Shown piece by piece: positions 22,670-33,495 of a stretch of DNA of 64,000 nucleotides. Position 1 is the first letter of the stretch. Every line of letters starts with the position of its first letter. The notes below the pieces were generated by a model. The model saw only the letters and a program-made list of their open reading frames with translations, did no database searches and was not told the DNA's origin. Position numbers and translations under genes: made by a program. The stretch is from an uncultured Phycisphaerales bacterium (GTDB lineage: Bacteria > Planctomycetota > Phycisphaerae > Tepidisphaerales > Tepidisphaeraceae). The stretch is taken from positions 2,144,001-2,208,000 of the forward strand of contig CAVWVQ010000003.1 of NCBI GenBank assembly GCA_963758525.1, in the 5' to 3' direction.

Positions 22670-23899
22670 TCAGAGCCGGTGGCCGAGCTTGGCTTTCTTG
22701 GTTTCCAGGTACTTGCGATTGTGATCGCCGGCTTCGATGCGCAGCGGCAGCTCATCGACGATGTGCAGGCCGTAGCCGTCGATTCCGTAAATCTTCTTGG
22801 GATTGTTGGTGAGGATGCGCACCTGGCGAAGACCGAGGTCGCGAAGGATCTGGCTGCCGATGCCGTAGTCGCGCTTGTCGACGGGAAGGCCGAGCCGCTG
22901 ATTGGCTTCGACGGTGTCAAGCCCGGCTTCCTGCAGCGCGTATGCGTGGAGCTTGTTCGCCAGGCCGATCCCGCGACCTTCCTGCCGGAGATAGAGCAGC
23001 ACCCCTCGACCGGCTTCCGAGATCATCTGCATGGCCACGTCCAACTGCTCTCCGCAGTCGCAACGGCCCGAACCGAAAACGTCCCCCGTGAGACATTCGC
23101 TGTGAACGCGAACGAGCGTCGGCTCGGTTTGCTCGACCACTTTGCCATGCGCGTCCAGTTCGCCCACGCCGCCCTTGCACAAAGCCAGGTGCGGCTGCGA
23201 ATCGACCACGCTGTTGAACGCGTGCAGGCGGAACTCGCCCCACCGGGTCGGCAGCGAGACGCTCTCGATCCGCTTGACGAACTGCTCGCGCTTCATGCGA
23301 TAGCTGATCAGCTCGGCGATGGTGCACATCTTCAGGCCATGCTGCGCACAGAACGCCTCAAGATCGGGACGCCGAGCCATCTCTCCGTCGTCGCGCAGGA
23401 TTTCGCAGATGACCGCCGCGGGCTTGAGCCCCGCGAGGCGGCAAAGATCGACGCTGCCTTCCGTCTGCCCGGCGCGCACCAGCACGCCGCCGTCGCGGGC
23501 GCGCAGCGGATTGATATGCCCGGGCCGGAGCAAATCCTGCGGCTGAGCATCGCGGGCGACCGCTACCTGCACGGTGATGGCGCGGTCTTTGGCGCTGACG
23601 CCGGTGGTCACGCCGAAGCGCGGGTGGGCGTCGATCGCCACGGTGAACGCGGTTCCCAGATGGGCGGTGTTGGTTTCCGTCTGCGCGTGAAGGTGCAGCC
23701 GATCGCATTGATCGGCCGTCAGCGCCAGACACACAACGCCCCTCGCCTGGCGGATGATGAAATTCATCGCTTCGGGCGTGATTTTCTCGGCTGCGTAGAC
23801 AACATCCCCCTCGTTCTCGCGGTCTTCGTCGTCCACGAGAATGATGGGCTTGCCGGTGATCAGCTCCTCGAGAATTTCCGGAATCGGCGCAAATGGCAT
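22670..23899 (-). CDS. ribBA: Bifunctional DHBP synthase / GTP cyclohydrolase II
   Basis: DDEDRENEGD, RAGQTEGSVDL, VRVHSECLTGDVFGSGRCDCG, QEGRGIGL, LTNNPKK. Confidence 0.97.
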   Translation of the reverse strand: MPFAPIPEILEELITGKPIILVDDEDRENEGDVVYAAEKITPEAMNFIIRQARGVVCLALTADQCDRLHLHAQTETNTAHLGTAFTVAIDAHPRFGVTTGVSAKDRAITVQVAVARDAQPQDLLRPGHINPLRARDGGVLVRAGQTEGSVDLCRLAGLKPAAVICEILRDDGEMARRPDLEAFCAQHGLKMCTIAELISYRMKREQFVKRIESVSLPTRWGEFRLHAFNSVVDSQPHLALCKGGVGELDAHGKVVEQTEPTLVRVHSECLTGDVFGSGRCDCGEQLDVAMQMISEAGRGVLLYLRQEGRGIGLANKLHAYALQEAGLDTVEANQRLGLPVDKRDYGIGSQILRDLGLRQVRILTNNPKKIYGIDGYGLHIVDELPLRIEAGDHNRKYLETKKAKLGHRL

Positions 23900-23951
23900 C
23901 CGTATGGCTCCGTTTCAAAGCTGAATTGTATGCCGGATGGCCCCCCGCCGC

Positions 23952-25088
23952 TTAGGCAGAAGCACTGCCAGTTGATTGCTGAAGAATTTCCACGAGCCGA
24001 GAGGTGATCTGCCCCCACGAGAAAGTCGACCGGAAAAGCGCTTCGCCGTTCCGCTCCAGTCGGGCGCGCAATTCGGGCTCGGCAGCAAGGCGTTCCACCG
24101 CGGCCACGAAAGCCTGGGGCGCGTCGCTGGGAACCAGGAGAAATGCCCGATCAGCTTGCGAGGCTAACAGCGGTCCGGTGCTGTGTCCGGTGGTTCCGAC
24201 GGTTGCGAGCCCATGCTGGAGCGCCGCGAGCAATGATCCGCGCCGGGTTGAAACGCCGTCGATGAAAGGAGAAAGGTAGATGTCGATGGCGCGGAGCCGT
24301 CGCGATACCTCCGCCGCGGGCAGCGCCCCCTCGCATCGGACGGGAACGTCGGGAAGAGCCTCGGTGATCGCCTTCTGATCCGGGCCGAGATAGAGCACCA
24401 TCGAATCGGTTCCTTTGGCGCGCAGATTTTCGGCAGCCAGACGAATCCAGGGCAGCAGCCGGGAGACATGGGCTGATCCAAACAACCCAAGCACGACGGT
24501 CGTCGGCTGGATTCCAAGCATTCGGCGGGCGTCGTCGCGCGAACCAGGGCTCAGCGGCAAATTGGAACCGACCGGCAGCAGGTCAGCCGGCTTTCCGGGA
24601 AAGCGCTTCTGGTGATCCGGCACCCACGGCTCGGTGGAGTACAGACAGACGCTGGCCGCCGCGACCAACTGCCGATATTGCCAGCGCTGCCACGCCGCCA
24701 TCGGCGCTCTTCGCCAATCTCCGGCCGACGCAAAATAGCGTTCGTGAAACATCACCGCGACTTTGCTGAATCCGCTGATGCGGCGCAACACGCGGGGAAG
24801 CTGCAGGTTCAATCCGCGACGGCCCCAGCCAAAGGGGTTGTACTGAACGATGACCCAGTCGGGCCGTTCCTCGCGGACACGCTCAACCAACTGCCAATTC
24901 GATCTCGGCCTGGACCAGTCGAACGCTTGGACCACGCGCACCCCAGCAATGGGGTCCGCGACCTGGTCCTCGGACGTGAAGACAACGACCTCATTTGAGG
25001 TCGATAGCTCCGCAGCGAGCTTCGCGCTGTAGTCGCCGATGCCGTCCAGTTGCGGGGGCAGCGCGGGGGAGATTAAAGCAAGTTTCAT
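23952..25088 (-). CDS. Glycosyltransferase family 4
   Basis: DGIGDY, QYNPFGWG, PVGSNL, PFIDGVSTRRGSLLAALQHGL. Confidence 0.85.
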   Translation of the reverse strand: MKLALISPALPPQLDGIGDYSAKLAAELSTSNEVVVFTSEDQVADPIAGVRVVQAFDWSRPRSNWQLVERVREERPDWVIVQYNPFGWGRRGLNLQLPRVLRRISGFSKVAVMFHERYFASAGDWRRAPMAAWQRWQYRQLVAAASVCLYSTEPWVPDHQKRFPGKPADLLPVGSNLPLSPGSRDDARRMLGIQPTTVVLGLFGSAHVSRLLPWIRLAAENLRAKGTDSMVLYLGPDQKAITEALPDVPVRCEGALPAAEVSRRLRAIDIYLSPFIDGVSTRRGSLLAALQHGLATVGTTGHSTGPLLASQADRAFLLVPSDAPQAFVAAVERLAAEPELRARLERNGEALFRSTFSWGQITSRLVEILQQSTGSASA

Positions 25089-25143
25089 CCGTAAGCGGCC
25101 CACGCTCTCGATTGAACTTCTTCCGGCTAAGTTCGACGGGCAA

Positions 25144-25950
25144 TCACTTGCGTCGATCGAACGCCCAGACATCGCCATCGCGCGCGACCGGGCGCATCTG
25201 CCAGCGCTGCTCGATGCGCTGTGCCAAGTCGGCGGGCGTGTAATTCAATGCGCCGCGCGAGCACGCGTGCAGTTCGATAAACAATTGACTGCAGCGACCG
25301 ATGACTTCCAGCGACTCCGACTCGATCATGCCCAGTTCGGCGCCTTCGATATCGCTGATCAACGCATATTCGTCGATCGTTTCGCTGGAAATGATTTGGC
25401 CGAGCGTCGTCGCAGGCACCTCGACCACGCTGCCGGGCACGTCCGATGTTCCGTTTGTGCCTCCCGCCAGCTTGCCCGAAAGATTCGATTGACCGCTCAA
25501 ATCCAGCCGAACGACCGGCTGGCCCGAATAGTCGATTGCGCGGTTCAGGATGACGACGTTTGACGCCTGGTTGGCCGCCAGATTCGCCGCAAGCAGCGGA
25601 AGCAGTTGCGGATTGGCCTCCACAACCCACTGCCGCCGGCCCAGTGAAGTCCGCGCCACCAGCGATGAGACAAATCCCAGGCTCCCGCCCAGTTCGATCA
25701 CCGCAAGCTCCGGGCGCAGATATCGCAGGATCAGCCGGCGCTCGCTGGCCTCGTAGCGATTCCAAAACAGCCCGGCAACGGTCGGATCGTTGATCAACGA
25801 CGATCGAATGTCGATCCGAACCCCGTTCACTTTCAGTTGCCGATAGCCCAATCCGCGGATCAGCGGGCCGGTGGCAAAAAGATACGAGTCAAAGACCCGC
25901 TTGCAACGACGCAGAGCGCGCTGCGCGGGTCCGTGCGAGGTTTCATTCAT
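25144..25950 (-). CDS. FkbM family methyltransferase
   Basis: VIELGGSLG, VEANP, DIEGAE. Confidence 0.82.
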   Translation of the reverse strand: MNETSHGPAQRALRRCKRVFDSYLFATGPLIRGLGYRQLKVNGVRIDIRSSLINDPTVAGLFWNRYEASERRLILRYLRPELAVIELGGSLGFVSSLVARTSLGRRQWVVEANPQLLPLLAANLAANQASNVVILNRAIDYSGQPVVRLDLSGQSNLSGKLAGGTNGTSDVPGSVVEVPATTLGQIISSETIDEYALISDIEGAELGMIESESLEVIGRCSQLFIELHACSRGALNYTPADLAQRIEQRWQMRPVARDGDVWAFDRRK

Positions 25951-27113
25951 GGGGTTACCTGGACAGCGTGACCGGCGACACGGGCGCGCAAAACCGACTC
26001 GTACAAATCCAGCGTTCGTCGTCCGATCCGGCCCCACCCATATTGCAAGGCGGTCGACCGGGCCGCGCGGCGCATGGCCAGCAGCGCCGCGCGATCGGCT
26101 CCGAGCCGTGTTACCGCGGCGGCCAGGGCGGATGCATCATCGACCGGGATCAGCATTCCGTTTGTTCCTTCGTCGATCAGTTGCGGCGCGCCGCCGACGG
26201 GCGTGGCGATCGGAGCCAGACCGCAGGCCATCGCTTCGGTCAGCGCGAGGCTGAATCCTTCAGATCGGCTGGGGAACAGCAGAATCTCCTCTTTGGCCAG
26301 GAGAGCGGGCAACTGCGCGTGCGCGAAAGTGGGCACGACCTCCACGCGCGGACGGACGGCAGCGTCGAACATCCCGATGACCGATTCGGCGCTGATGCGG
26401 GCGCCATAGATGGTCAGCCGGCAGTCCATGCCGCCGGCCGCGATCAGGCGGAGCGACTCGATCACGGTCGCGATCCCTTTGCGGTCGATCCACGAGCCGA
26501 CAAACGCGAGTCTCAGCGGGCCCGAATCCGGGCCGGCCGGCTCGGACGTCTGCTCAAACGCGGGGGCAATGCCGTTGGGAAGCACCGTGATCTTCGTCGC
26601 AGGGACGCGAAGCTGCGCAACGGCAAAGTCCCGGTCGGACTCGTTGAGCAGGATGTTCATGTCCGATCGCAGCAGCGACTGTCGCACTTCCCATTCCCGG
26701 TAGCCGGCCCAGTAAATGGGAAATTTCCAGCTCGGCTTCTCCCCTTTGGCGGCCAGGGCCCGGCGGACCTCGCGATTGAGCACATGTTCAAGACCGTGGC
26801 TGCGCGTGATCAGCGCGTGCGGCGATTTCGCGCCGGGCCGGCCGCGCGAGGCCCACACCCAGTTGTCGCCCGACGTGACGTCCATCACGTCGAAGTCGCC
26901 CGCGCGACGGCGGAGAAATCGCGCCACCAGCCAGGGAAATTTGATTGTCGGCCACGCGCCGTTCAGGGGCGCGCCGCTGCCAAACGCCTCCTCAAACCCG
27001 AAATATTCGACCTGGCACCCCAGCGACTGCAGCACCGCTCCCAGAGAAAGCGTGACTCCCGGTGCGCCGTAGGTGGGATCGAGAGTATGGTGCAGTGCCA
27101 GGAGGATGCGCAT
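25947..27113 (-). CDS. Glycosyltransferase family 4
   Basis: LPNGI, FVGSWIDRKG, PSRSEGFSLALTEAMACG. Confidence 0.92.
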   Translation of the reverse strand: MRILLALHHTLDPTYGAPGVTLSLGAVLQSLGCQVEYFGFEEAFGSGAPLNGAWPTIKFPWLVARFLRRRAGDFDVMDVTSGDNWVWASRGRPGAKSPHALITRSHGLEHVLNREVRRALAAKGEKPSWKFPIYWAGYREWEVRQSLLRSDMNILLNESDRDFAVAQLRVPATKITVLPNGIAPAFEQTSEPAGPDSGPLRLAFVGSWIDRKGIATVIESLRLIAAGGMDCRLTIYGARISAESVIGMFDAAVRPRVEVVPTFAHAQLPALLAKEEILLFPSRSEGFSLALTEAMACGLAPIATPVGGAPQLIDEGTNGMLIPVDDASALAAAVTRLGADRAALLAMRRAARSTALQYGWGRIGRRTLDLYESVLRARVAGHAVQVTP

Positions 27114-27128
27114 GGTTCTGAGGCGGCT

Positions 27129-28041
27129 TTAAACGACTTTGCGAAACGCGGGCAAGGGCGCGGGGACGTCGAGTGGCGGACTGCTGATCGCCTCGGGGTG
27201 CGGAGGCATTGTCGCAACGTCGTATTTGCGGAGCCAGCGGTGATAGTGTGTCGCGATCACCGCCAGCTCGCTCAATGTTGCCGGGATGGCGCAGGGAGTC
27301 GAGAGACAGGCGGCTTTTGAGAACGGTCCTGGCACGCAACTTCGCCTCGCGATAAAGCATGGCCGCCAGCGACAGGGGCGGCTGGTTCCACTTGCGGCAG
27401 AGCACAATATCGCACTCGTGAAAGATGCCAAGCCGTCGCCCCGACGGAACCGGGCGAGGCGGGTGATCGACGACGGCTTGGGGAACGAACGCAACTGCAA
27501 TCCGTCGCGCCGCAATCCGGCGTCGGAAATCGACGTCCTCCATGTGCGGGAAGGGAAAGTCCTCGTCGAACCCGCCCAGTAGGTCGAACGTGGATTTCCG
27601 GACCATCATGTTGCAGGACCAGAGCCAGCCGCCGGTGAGATTGACCGGGGCATGCTGCAGCGGCGAGCTCACGCCTTCCTGGCACGTGGTCTTTCCCTCG
27701 CAGACATCGATCTCGTCGCGGATCGCCGCCTGATAAGCCGCGAGCCAACCGGCGTCGGGGACGCAGTCGTCATCGGTGAACGCGATCCATCCGCCGCGGG
27801 CGCTGCGGGCGCCGTTGTTGCGATTGGGGGCGGGTCCCCTGCGCGGGCCTGCGATCCAACGCGCCCAGGGATAGCGCTGCTCGACCATCTGCTGGGAGGT
27901 CGTTTCAGTTCCGTCGTCAGTCACAATCACTTCGTAGCGATCCTCCGCCAAGCGCTGGATCCCGGGCTGCAGACGATCGAGGCAGTGCGCCAGCAGATCG
28001 TTGCGATGGCGGGTCGGGATGATGACGGATATGAGCGGCAC
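27129..28041 (-). CDS. Glycosyltransferase family 2, frameshift near 27290
   Basis: ISVIIPT, VTDDG, FTDDDC, GGFDEDF, EDVD; C-terminus in ORF 27129..27515. Confidence 0.88.
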
Positions 28042-28074
28042 AAACTCCGTGGAATGCAGATCGGGCCGAACGCC

Positions 28075-29223
28075 CTATCGAACCTGAGCGGCACCCGCGT
28101 CGAGCGCCGACTGAAGCCCCGCGGCAAACGCGCTTCGGGAAAACAGCCTCGACGCGCGTTCCCATGCTTTGCGAGGAAGGTCAGCAGTCCGCGCACTGAG
28201 GGCCGCGGCGATGGCCTGGGCGAAGCTCTCGGGCGCAGCGGAATCGTAGAGGATACCGGCGTCGCCAATAATTTCGTCAAACGGCGAAATATCGGGCGCG
28301 ACGACAATCATTCCCTGGCTCATCGCCTCGATCAGGACGTATCCCCAGTCGTCGCGCGAGGAGGCAAAGACAAACAGGTCGTTTTCGCCCATCAGCTTCG
28401 AAAGCGTCTCCCGAGGAACACGCCCCGTCCACTCAACGGGAATGCAGCGGGCGGCGACCCAGCTCTGGAACTCCGCGGACGCGCTTCCGACGAGCGTGAA
28501 TTGACAGTTTTGCGCCAATGCCGTCGGGAAATTTGCCAGGGCCCAACGGATTCCCTTTCGCGGCTCGTCCAGCACGGTGGCGGCCAGGAGCACCTTCGAT
28601 CGACGGTCCGGGAGGCGGGTTGGAAAAGAGGGGGAAACGCAAGTCCCGGGATGCACCACGCAAGCACCGACGCCGCGGCGTCGCAGACTGTCGGCAATCC
28701 GATGCGTCACCGCAAGATTCAGCGTTGCCGAGCGATAGGCACGCCAGTCTTTCGCCCACCACCCCATCAGCTCCAGGAACTCGCGAACGGCATGATGATT
28801 CCACCGCGATCGCAATGGATCCAGGGCTTTGACGAAATAGCCCGTGAACGTAGTCGGATACGCCCAGGCGACGACGAACTGCGGCACCGGCACTGAGGGA
28901 TCCTGCAACGTGCTCTGATTGAGCAGGCAGGCGATCGGCGTAATGCCGCGCTCGCGCAACTGGTCGTACAGCCGTCGCAACAAGCTCGTGGAAGCGGCCG
29001 ACAGACGCCCCAATTCCCCGCGCACTTTAGCCATGACGCCCGTCGCACGGGGAGCCGACTGCTCGTCCAAACGGATTACTTCAAATCCCGGTGATCCGGG
29101 AAGCTCGATTGCGGTTCCCGCCACGAGCGTCACGGGGATACCCGCCTCGTGCAATGCACATGCGGCCTCCCAGCACCAGCTTGCCATGCCATTGGTGTTC
29201 GCGAGGTGGGCGACGACGATCAA
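28075..29223 (-). CDS. Glycosyltransferase family 4
   Basis: PRKG, SSRDDWGYVLIEAMSQG. Confidence 0.85.
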   Translation of the reverse strand: MIVVAHLANTNGMASWCWEAACALHEAGIPVTLVAGTAIELPGSPGFEVIRLDEQSAPRATGVMAKVRGELGRLSAASTSLLRRLYDQLRERGITPIACLLNQSTLQDPSVPVPQFVVAWAYPTTFTGYFVKALDPLRSRWNHHAVREFLELMGWWAKDWRAYRSATLNLAVTHRIADSLRRRGVGACVVHPGTCVSPSFPTRLPDRRSKVLLAATVLDEPRKGIRWALANFPTALAQNCQFTLVGSASAEFQSWVAARCIPVEWTGRVPRETLSKLMGENDLFVFASSRDDWGYVLIEAMSQGMIVVAPDISPFDEIIGDAGILYDSAAPESFAQAIAAALSARTADLPRKAWERASRLFSRSAFAAGLQSALDAGAAQVR

Positions 29224-29270
29224 GCTGCATTCCTTCGCATCTTCAGAACCCGTGCGCGAGCTGCTCGCCT

Positions 29271-29380
29271 GGTTAGCCGCGACGCGCAGCGGAGCGTGTA
29301 TTCGGTGCGCGGGGGTTACTCTGCTGACACTGCGCTATTTCTCGTTCCAATACGCGCTCCGCTGCGCATCGCGGCTAACC
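29271..29380. repeat. Palindromic repeat doublet (GGTTAGCCGCGACGCGCAGCGGAGCG family)
   Basis: 32-bp inverted arms 29271-29302 / 29349-29380 with 2 mismatches; single copies at 19193-19223 and 62933-62964. Confidence 0.85.
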
Positions 29381-30550
29381 CCCGGAAGGGACGCACAACG
29401 GCGTATGCGGGTCGAGAGTCCGGCCCGCGCAGGCGTACACCATCCGCACGTACCCTGCCGCAAGCGCCTCCCAGCCGAAATGCTCGCGAACGAAGTTACG
29501 CCGGCGGATACGATCGGCGTCAGTCTCATCAGCCTGGAGTTGGGCCGTGAGCGCCTGGCGGAGAGCGCCGGGTTGGCGCAAATCGGCGAGCAGCCCCTCT
29601 TCACCGAGAACAAAGCGGGCGACGTCGTAGTCGTGAGCGATGCAGGCCAGGCCGCGCGCAAGCGCTTCGGGGAGCACTCGCCCGTAGCCCTCAAAGAGCG
29701 AAGCCAGGACGAACACATCGGCAGCGTCGTAATAATCCGCGACTTTCGACTGCTCGACAGTGGCGATGCGATACGTCCCCGGCGCCAGCAGTTGAGCGGC
29801 AAGCTGCTCGATGGCGTGCGTCTCGTGATCGCGCTGGCCGAGGATCACCAGCGTCGGACGCGGCTCTGCCATCGAGGCCACCTCGCGGACGACATAATCC
29901 ATCCGCTTGTGCGATGCGTTGATCGCGCCGATCGACAGCACGCAGGGGCGCTCCGTCGGCAGCCCCAGCGCCGACCGCAGTTGCCCGCGCCGCGCCGCCG
30001 ACGGAAATGTTTGTTCAGCAGGAATATCGAAGCCGTACGGCAGCATGCTCATCGTTGCCGGCGGTTGCCCCGCCGCCGCCGCAGCGTCGAAATGAACCGG
30101 GGCGACCTGCTGCACGTGATCCCATCTCGGGAACGGCGGGCCCAGCGGTCCGCCGTTGGAAAACAGCAGCCGATATTTCTGGCCCGTGCGGTTGCGCCAG
30201 TGCCAGAGAATATTGCCCACGCTGCAATCGCTGAAGAAAATGACGTCCGGCTTTTGCCTGGTCACGTGCCGCAGCAGGCTGAGCGTAAACGTGAGTTGCT
30301 CGACGAAGTACGGGCCGCCGCGGGTGAATCGCCCGATCCATCGCGCCAGCGGGCGCTCGCGCAGCAGCGTGAAGACTGTCCGGTCCTGTCCGGAGGAGGC
30401 CCCCGCTCCCTTATAGAGAGTCACATCCAGCTCGGGGCGGTGGCGCAACGCCTCGAAGCACTCGCGCGTGAATGACTCGTAGCCCCGCTGGATGTGCCCC
30501 AGGCCGCAGCACGCGATGAAAAGACGAAGTGGAGTTCGTTGTACGGCCAT
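29375..30550 (-). CDS. Glycosyltransferase family 4
   Basis: HKRMD, ASLFEGYGRVLPEALARG. Confidence 0.9.
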   Translation of the reverse strand: MAVQRTPLRLFIACCGLGHIQRGYESFTRECFEALRHRPELDVTLYKGAGASSGQDRTVFTLLRERPLARWIGRFTRGGPYFVEQLTFTLSLLRHVTRQKPDVIFFSDCSVGNILWHWRNRTGQKYRLLFSNGGPLGPPFPRWDHVQQVAPVHFDAAAAAGQPPATMSMLPYGFDIPAEQTFPSAARRGQLRSALGLPTERPCVLSIGAINASHKRMDYVVREVASMAEPRPTLVILGQRDHETHAIEQLAAQLLAPGTYRIATVEQSKVADYYDAADVFVLASLFEGYGRVLPEALARGLACIAHDYDVARFVLGEEGLLADLRQPGALRQALTAQLQADETDADRIRRRNFVREHFGWEALAAGYVRMVYACAGRTLDPHTPLCVPSGG

Positions 30551-30716
30551 CTGCAGTTTCAGGGGACGCGATTCACGATCGCTGGCTCAAGAACCCGTTT
30601 CGCAGTCGGACGCCCAATTTGAGGTACTTCGCGGGCTCGAATCGAGCGACGGAGAATCCGAGCCTTGGGAGTACCGCAGACTCGGGGTGGCGCCGTGAAA
30701 TGGGGCGACGGGTCGA

Positions 30717-31931
30717 TCACGATTCCGTGGACGGGGCGACCCGCGGGGTGTCTTCGAAGAAGCGCTTCAACTGGAGGAAATGCTTCTCGTAGAGATGCCA
30801 GCTTGTGTACGCGACGGCGAACGTTGCCAGCGTCACGATCAGGGCGTTGAGCAGGTCGTCTGCACGCGCGATCCGATCCGGAAACCAGTGAATGGGGAAG
30901 GCGGACAATCGCCCTATGATGGAGCCCACGGCATTGTGGAAGACGTACATGCCATAGCTGTATTTGCCGACCGATCGCAGCCAGGGGGTTTGGAGCGCCC
31001 AGCGAAGCGGCGCCCAACGCGAAGGACCCGCCACGACAGCGATCAGCGACGCATAAGCACAGGCAACCAGGGGGAACCCCACCATCTGCATCGTCGAGTC
31101 CCACGCGACGCTGTGCCGCCAGAAAGCGACAATTACCGCCGCGACACCTGAGAGCAGGCAGATCCAGACCGCGCGCGGCGCCAGAGCCGCGATACCGCCC
31201 GGCCCGCGTGCCGCCAGTGCAACCAGGCCTCCCGCCGCCAGAGCATCGAGGCGGCAGGGCGTCAGCAGGTAGGGGGCGAATTTGTTCCCCGCGAGGATGA
31301 ACGCGGCCCGCGAGACGGACGCAATGATGATGCAGCCGATGGCAACTTTCATTGCCGACTTTCTGCTGCAAAAATAAATGATCGTCGGCCACAGAAGATA
31401 GAAATGCTCCTCGACGGCGAGCGACCAAAAAAAGCCGAGCCAGCCGCCCTTCAGGTCCGGCATGAAGGCTGAGCGGACGTTGGACAGATAGAGCCACCAC
31501 CACCAGGAGCTGCCCGGCGGAACCGCATCCGGAAATACTCCAAGCCTGGGAATCACGATCGTGCAAAGAAAGATCATCCCGTAGTACAGCGGGAAGATGC
31601 GAAGCGTGCGGCGGGCATAAAAGTTGCGGAAATAGGCGTTGGAGCCCTTTGCGTCGAAGAGAATGCCGGTAATCAGAAACCCCGACAGGACAAAGAAAAG
31701 ATCGACACCCGACCAGCCCATTCCAAGCGCGCCATTGATGAGCTTTCCGGTCATCGCATGCGTCGGGCGGTAGGGAAACATGTGATGGCAGAAGACCATG
31801 AGAATGGCAATTCCGCGCAGGCCGTCGAGCGGCTTGATATGCCGGGGAAGGCCGGAGGGATGCATTCCGTGGGCGCGAGCCCTGGGCGTCTGGATTACCG
31901 CCGCTGCTTCGCTGATTGCGCTCTCACTCAT
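30717..31931 (-). CDS. Acyltransferase family 3 (OafA-like O-acyltransferase)
   Basis: LDGLRGIA, GVDLFFVLSGFLIT, RRTLRIFPLYY, WSLAVEEHFY. Confidence 0.93.
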   Translation of the reverse strand: MSESAISEAAAVIQTPRARAHGMHPSGLPRHIKPLDGLRGIAILMVFCHHMFPYRPTHAMTGKLINGALGMGWSGVDLFFVLSGFLITGILFDAKGSNAYFRNFYARRTLRIFPLYYGMIFLCTIVIPRLGVFPDAVPPGSSWWWWLYLSNVRSAFMPDLKGGWLGFFWSLAVEEHFYLLWPTIIYFCSRKSAMKVAIGCIIIASVSRAAFILAGNKFAPYLLTPCRLDALAAGGLVALAARGPGGIAALAPRAVWICLLSGVAAVIVAFWRHSVAWDSTMQMVGFPLVACAYASLIAVVAGPSRWAPLRWALQTPWLRSVGKYSYGMYVFHNAVGSIIGRLSAFPIHWFPDRIARADDLLNALIVTLATFAVAYTSWHLYEKHFLQLKRFFEDTPRVAPSTES

Positions 31932-32066
31932 TGCCGCGATTCCAATTTCACACAGAGTTCGGATTGGCGCTGAATGACACTATTTCAGACCCTGTCCATA
32001 GCCTGTTCGGGAACCCGTGTTAGCCGACGGCTGGACGCGGTCTTAACCTGGCTTTAGGCCCAATGG

Positions 32067-32618
32067 TTAGCTCGCCGGAGCTTGTACCGGCGGCTGCGCG
32101 CCGTCGATTCGCTTCTGGCGGATGAGGCGTCCGGGTACGCCGGCAACGATGCTATGGGGCGCGACGTCGGCGGTGACGACGCATCCCGCCGCGATGACGC
32201 TGGACCGGCCCAGCCGGACACCTGGCAAGATGACGGCATGACTGCCGATCCACACGTTGTCTTCGATGATCACTTTCTTGCGGATGTCGGAGACGTCGCC
32301 GATGAATTCCACGTCCGCGTCGTGGGTGATGCTGATAATTGATACATGGTTGGCGATCCAGACCGCATCGCCGATCTCGACTCCGCCCCCGCCGAGAATA
32401 TGGACATATTCATTTATCGCGCACCTGGCGCCGATACTCACCATCTGCGGCGAAAGCACGGTGATGTCGGGGGCGAGGTATAAGTCGTCGGCGCAGCTGC
32501 GGAATCGACTGCGAAGAAGCTGGTTGCGCTTCTCGACCATCGCATGGTCCCATCCTTCCAGGAGCAGAGGAGGAATCAGATGGCCCAGCGTCCGACCGAT
32601 ACGATACAAGCCCTTCAT
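32067..32618 (-). CDS. Hexapeptide-repeat (LbH) sugar O-acetyltransferase
   Basis: VIIEDNVWIGSHAVILPGVRLG, VAGVPGR. Confidence 0.88.
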   Translation of the reverse strand: MKGLYRIGRTLGHLIPPLLLEGWDHAMVEKRNQLLRSRFRSCADDLYLAPDITVLSPQMVSIGARCAINEYVHILGGGGVEIGDAVWIANHVSIISITHDADVEFIGDVSDIRKKVIIEDNVWIGSHAVILPGVRLGRSSVIAAGCVVTADVAPHSIVAGVPGRLIRQKRIDGAQPPVQAPAS

Positions 32619-32697
32619 TTTGCGCTCAGATCCGCCCACGAAACCGCTCTCACCGATGTCTCAGAGGCACGTAACGTTGCCGGCGTCGTTAGGATTT

Positions 32698-33420
32698 TCA
32701 TTCCGGCATCAATGCCGCAATCGTGTCATAGGTCGAACGGCAAATGTGATACTTGCGTTGCAGAAGGAATCGCAAACATGCATTGCTGTCCTTTCGGCTA
32801 AGGTGCTGATGTTCGTACCGTATCACCGTGGGCCTGATGCCGATGCCGTCGACCATCTTTATGACCTCGAAATCGAAACCCTCGGTGTCAACCTGAAGCA
32901 AGTCCAGCTTCCCCAAGTTGGCGCGTGCCATGCACTCGGCAACGGTAATGCAATCGACCTGAAACGATTCGATCTCAGCATCCGTGACCGAGGGATAACG
33001 AAGAACTACTTCGCGATCGAATGATGCGAGTTGGGGGCTATACTGATCGGTATGATTTGCGGCCTTGACCGCGAACATTTCCCGGGTGCCGCCCGCCCAA
33101 TCGAGCGCGGCGTTTATGAGCGTTACCTGTGGTTCGTCACGGTATGCGTCAACCAGGCTCCGAAACGCGAAGGGCTGAGGCTCAAGGGCAATACCCCGCC
33201 AATGGTGCTTCCGCACGAGAGGGTACACTTCGTCGTTACTGATCCCATCGAACGCGCCCACGATCAAAAACGTCTTTTCATTGCCCTCCAGCAAGTGCTC
33301 CGCAACCATACGGAAGTTCGGTTCCAACCATTGCTCTCGAGCGAATATTAGAGGAGATGGCTGAAATATCACATTTCTATCAACCAGCGAGAGGATGTTT
33401 CGCAGCAAGGTCTTCATCAT
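32698..33420 (-). CDS. FkbM family methyltransferase
   Basis: VGAFDG, LEPQP, QVDTEGFDFEV. Confidence 0.88.
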   Translation of the reverse strand: MMKTLLRNILSLVDRNVIFQPSPLIFAREQWLEPNFRMVAEHLLEGNEKTFLIVGAFDGISNDEVYPLVRKHHWRGIALEPQPFAFRSLVDAYRDEPQVTLINAALDWAGGTREMFAVKAANHTDQYSPQLASFDREVVLRYPSVTDAEIESFQVDCITVAECMARANLGKLDLLQVDTEGFDFEVIKMVDGIGIRPTVIRYEHQHLSRKDSNACLRFLLQRKYHICRSTYDTIAALMPE

Positions 33421-33495
33421 TGGTCAACCAGCGCAACCGCTTGGGAAATCTCGTATCTCATCGCAGACGCACTTACCATCGCTCCCTCGCGGGCG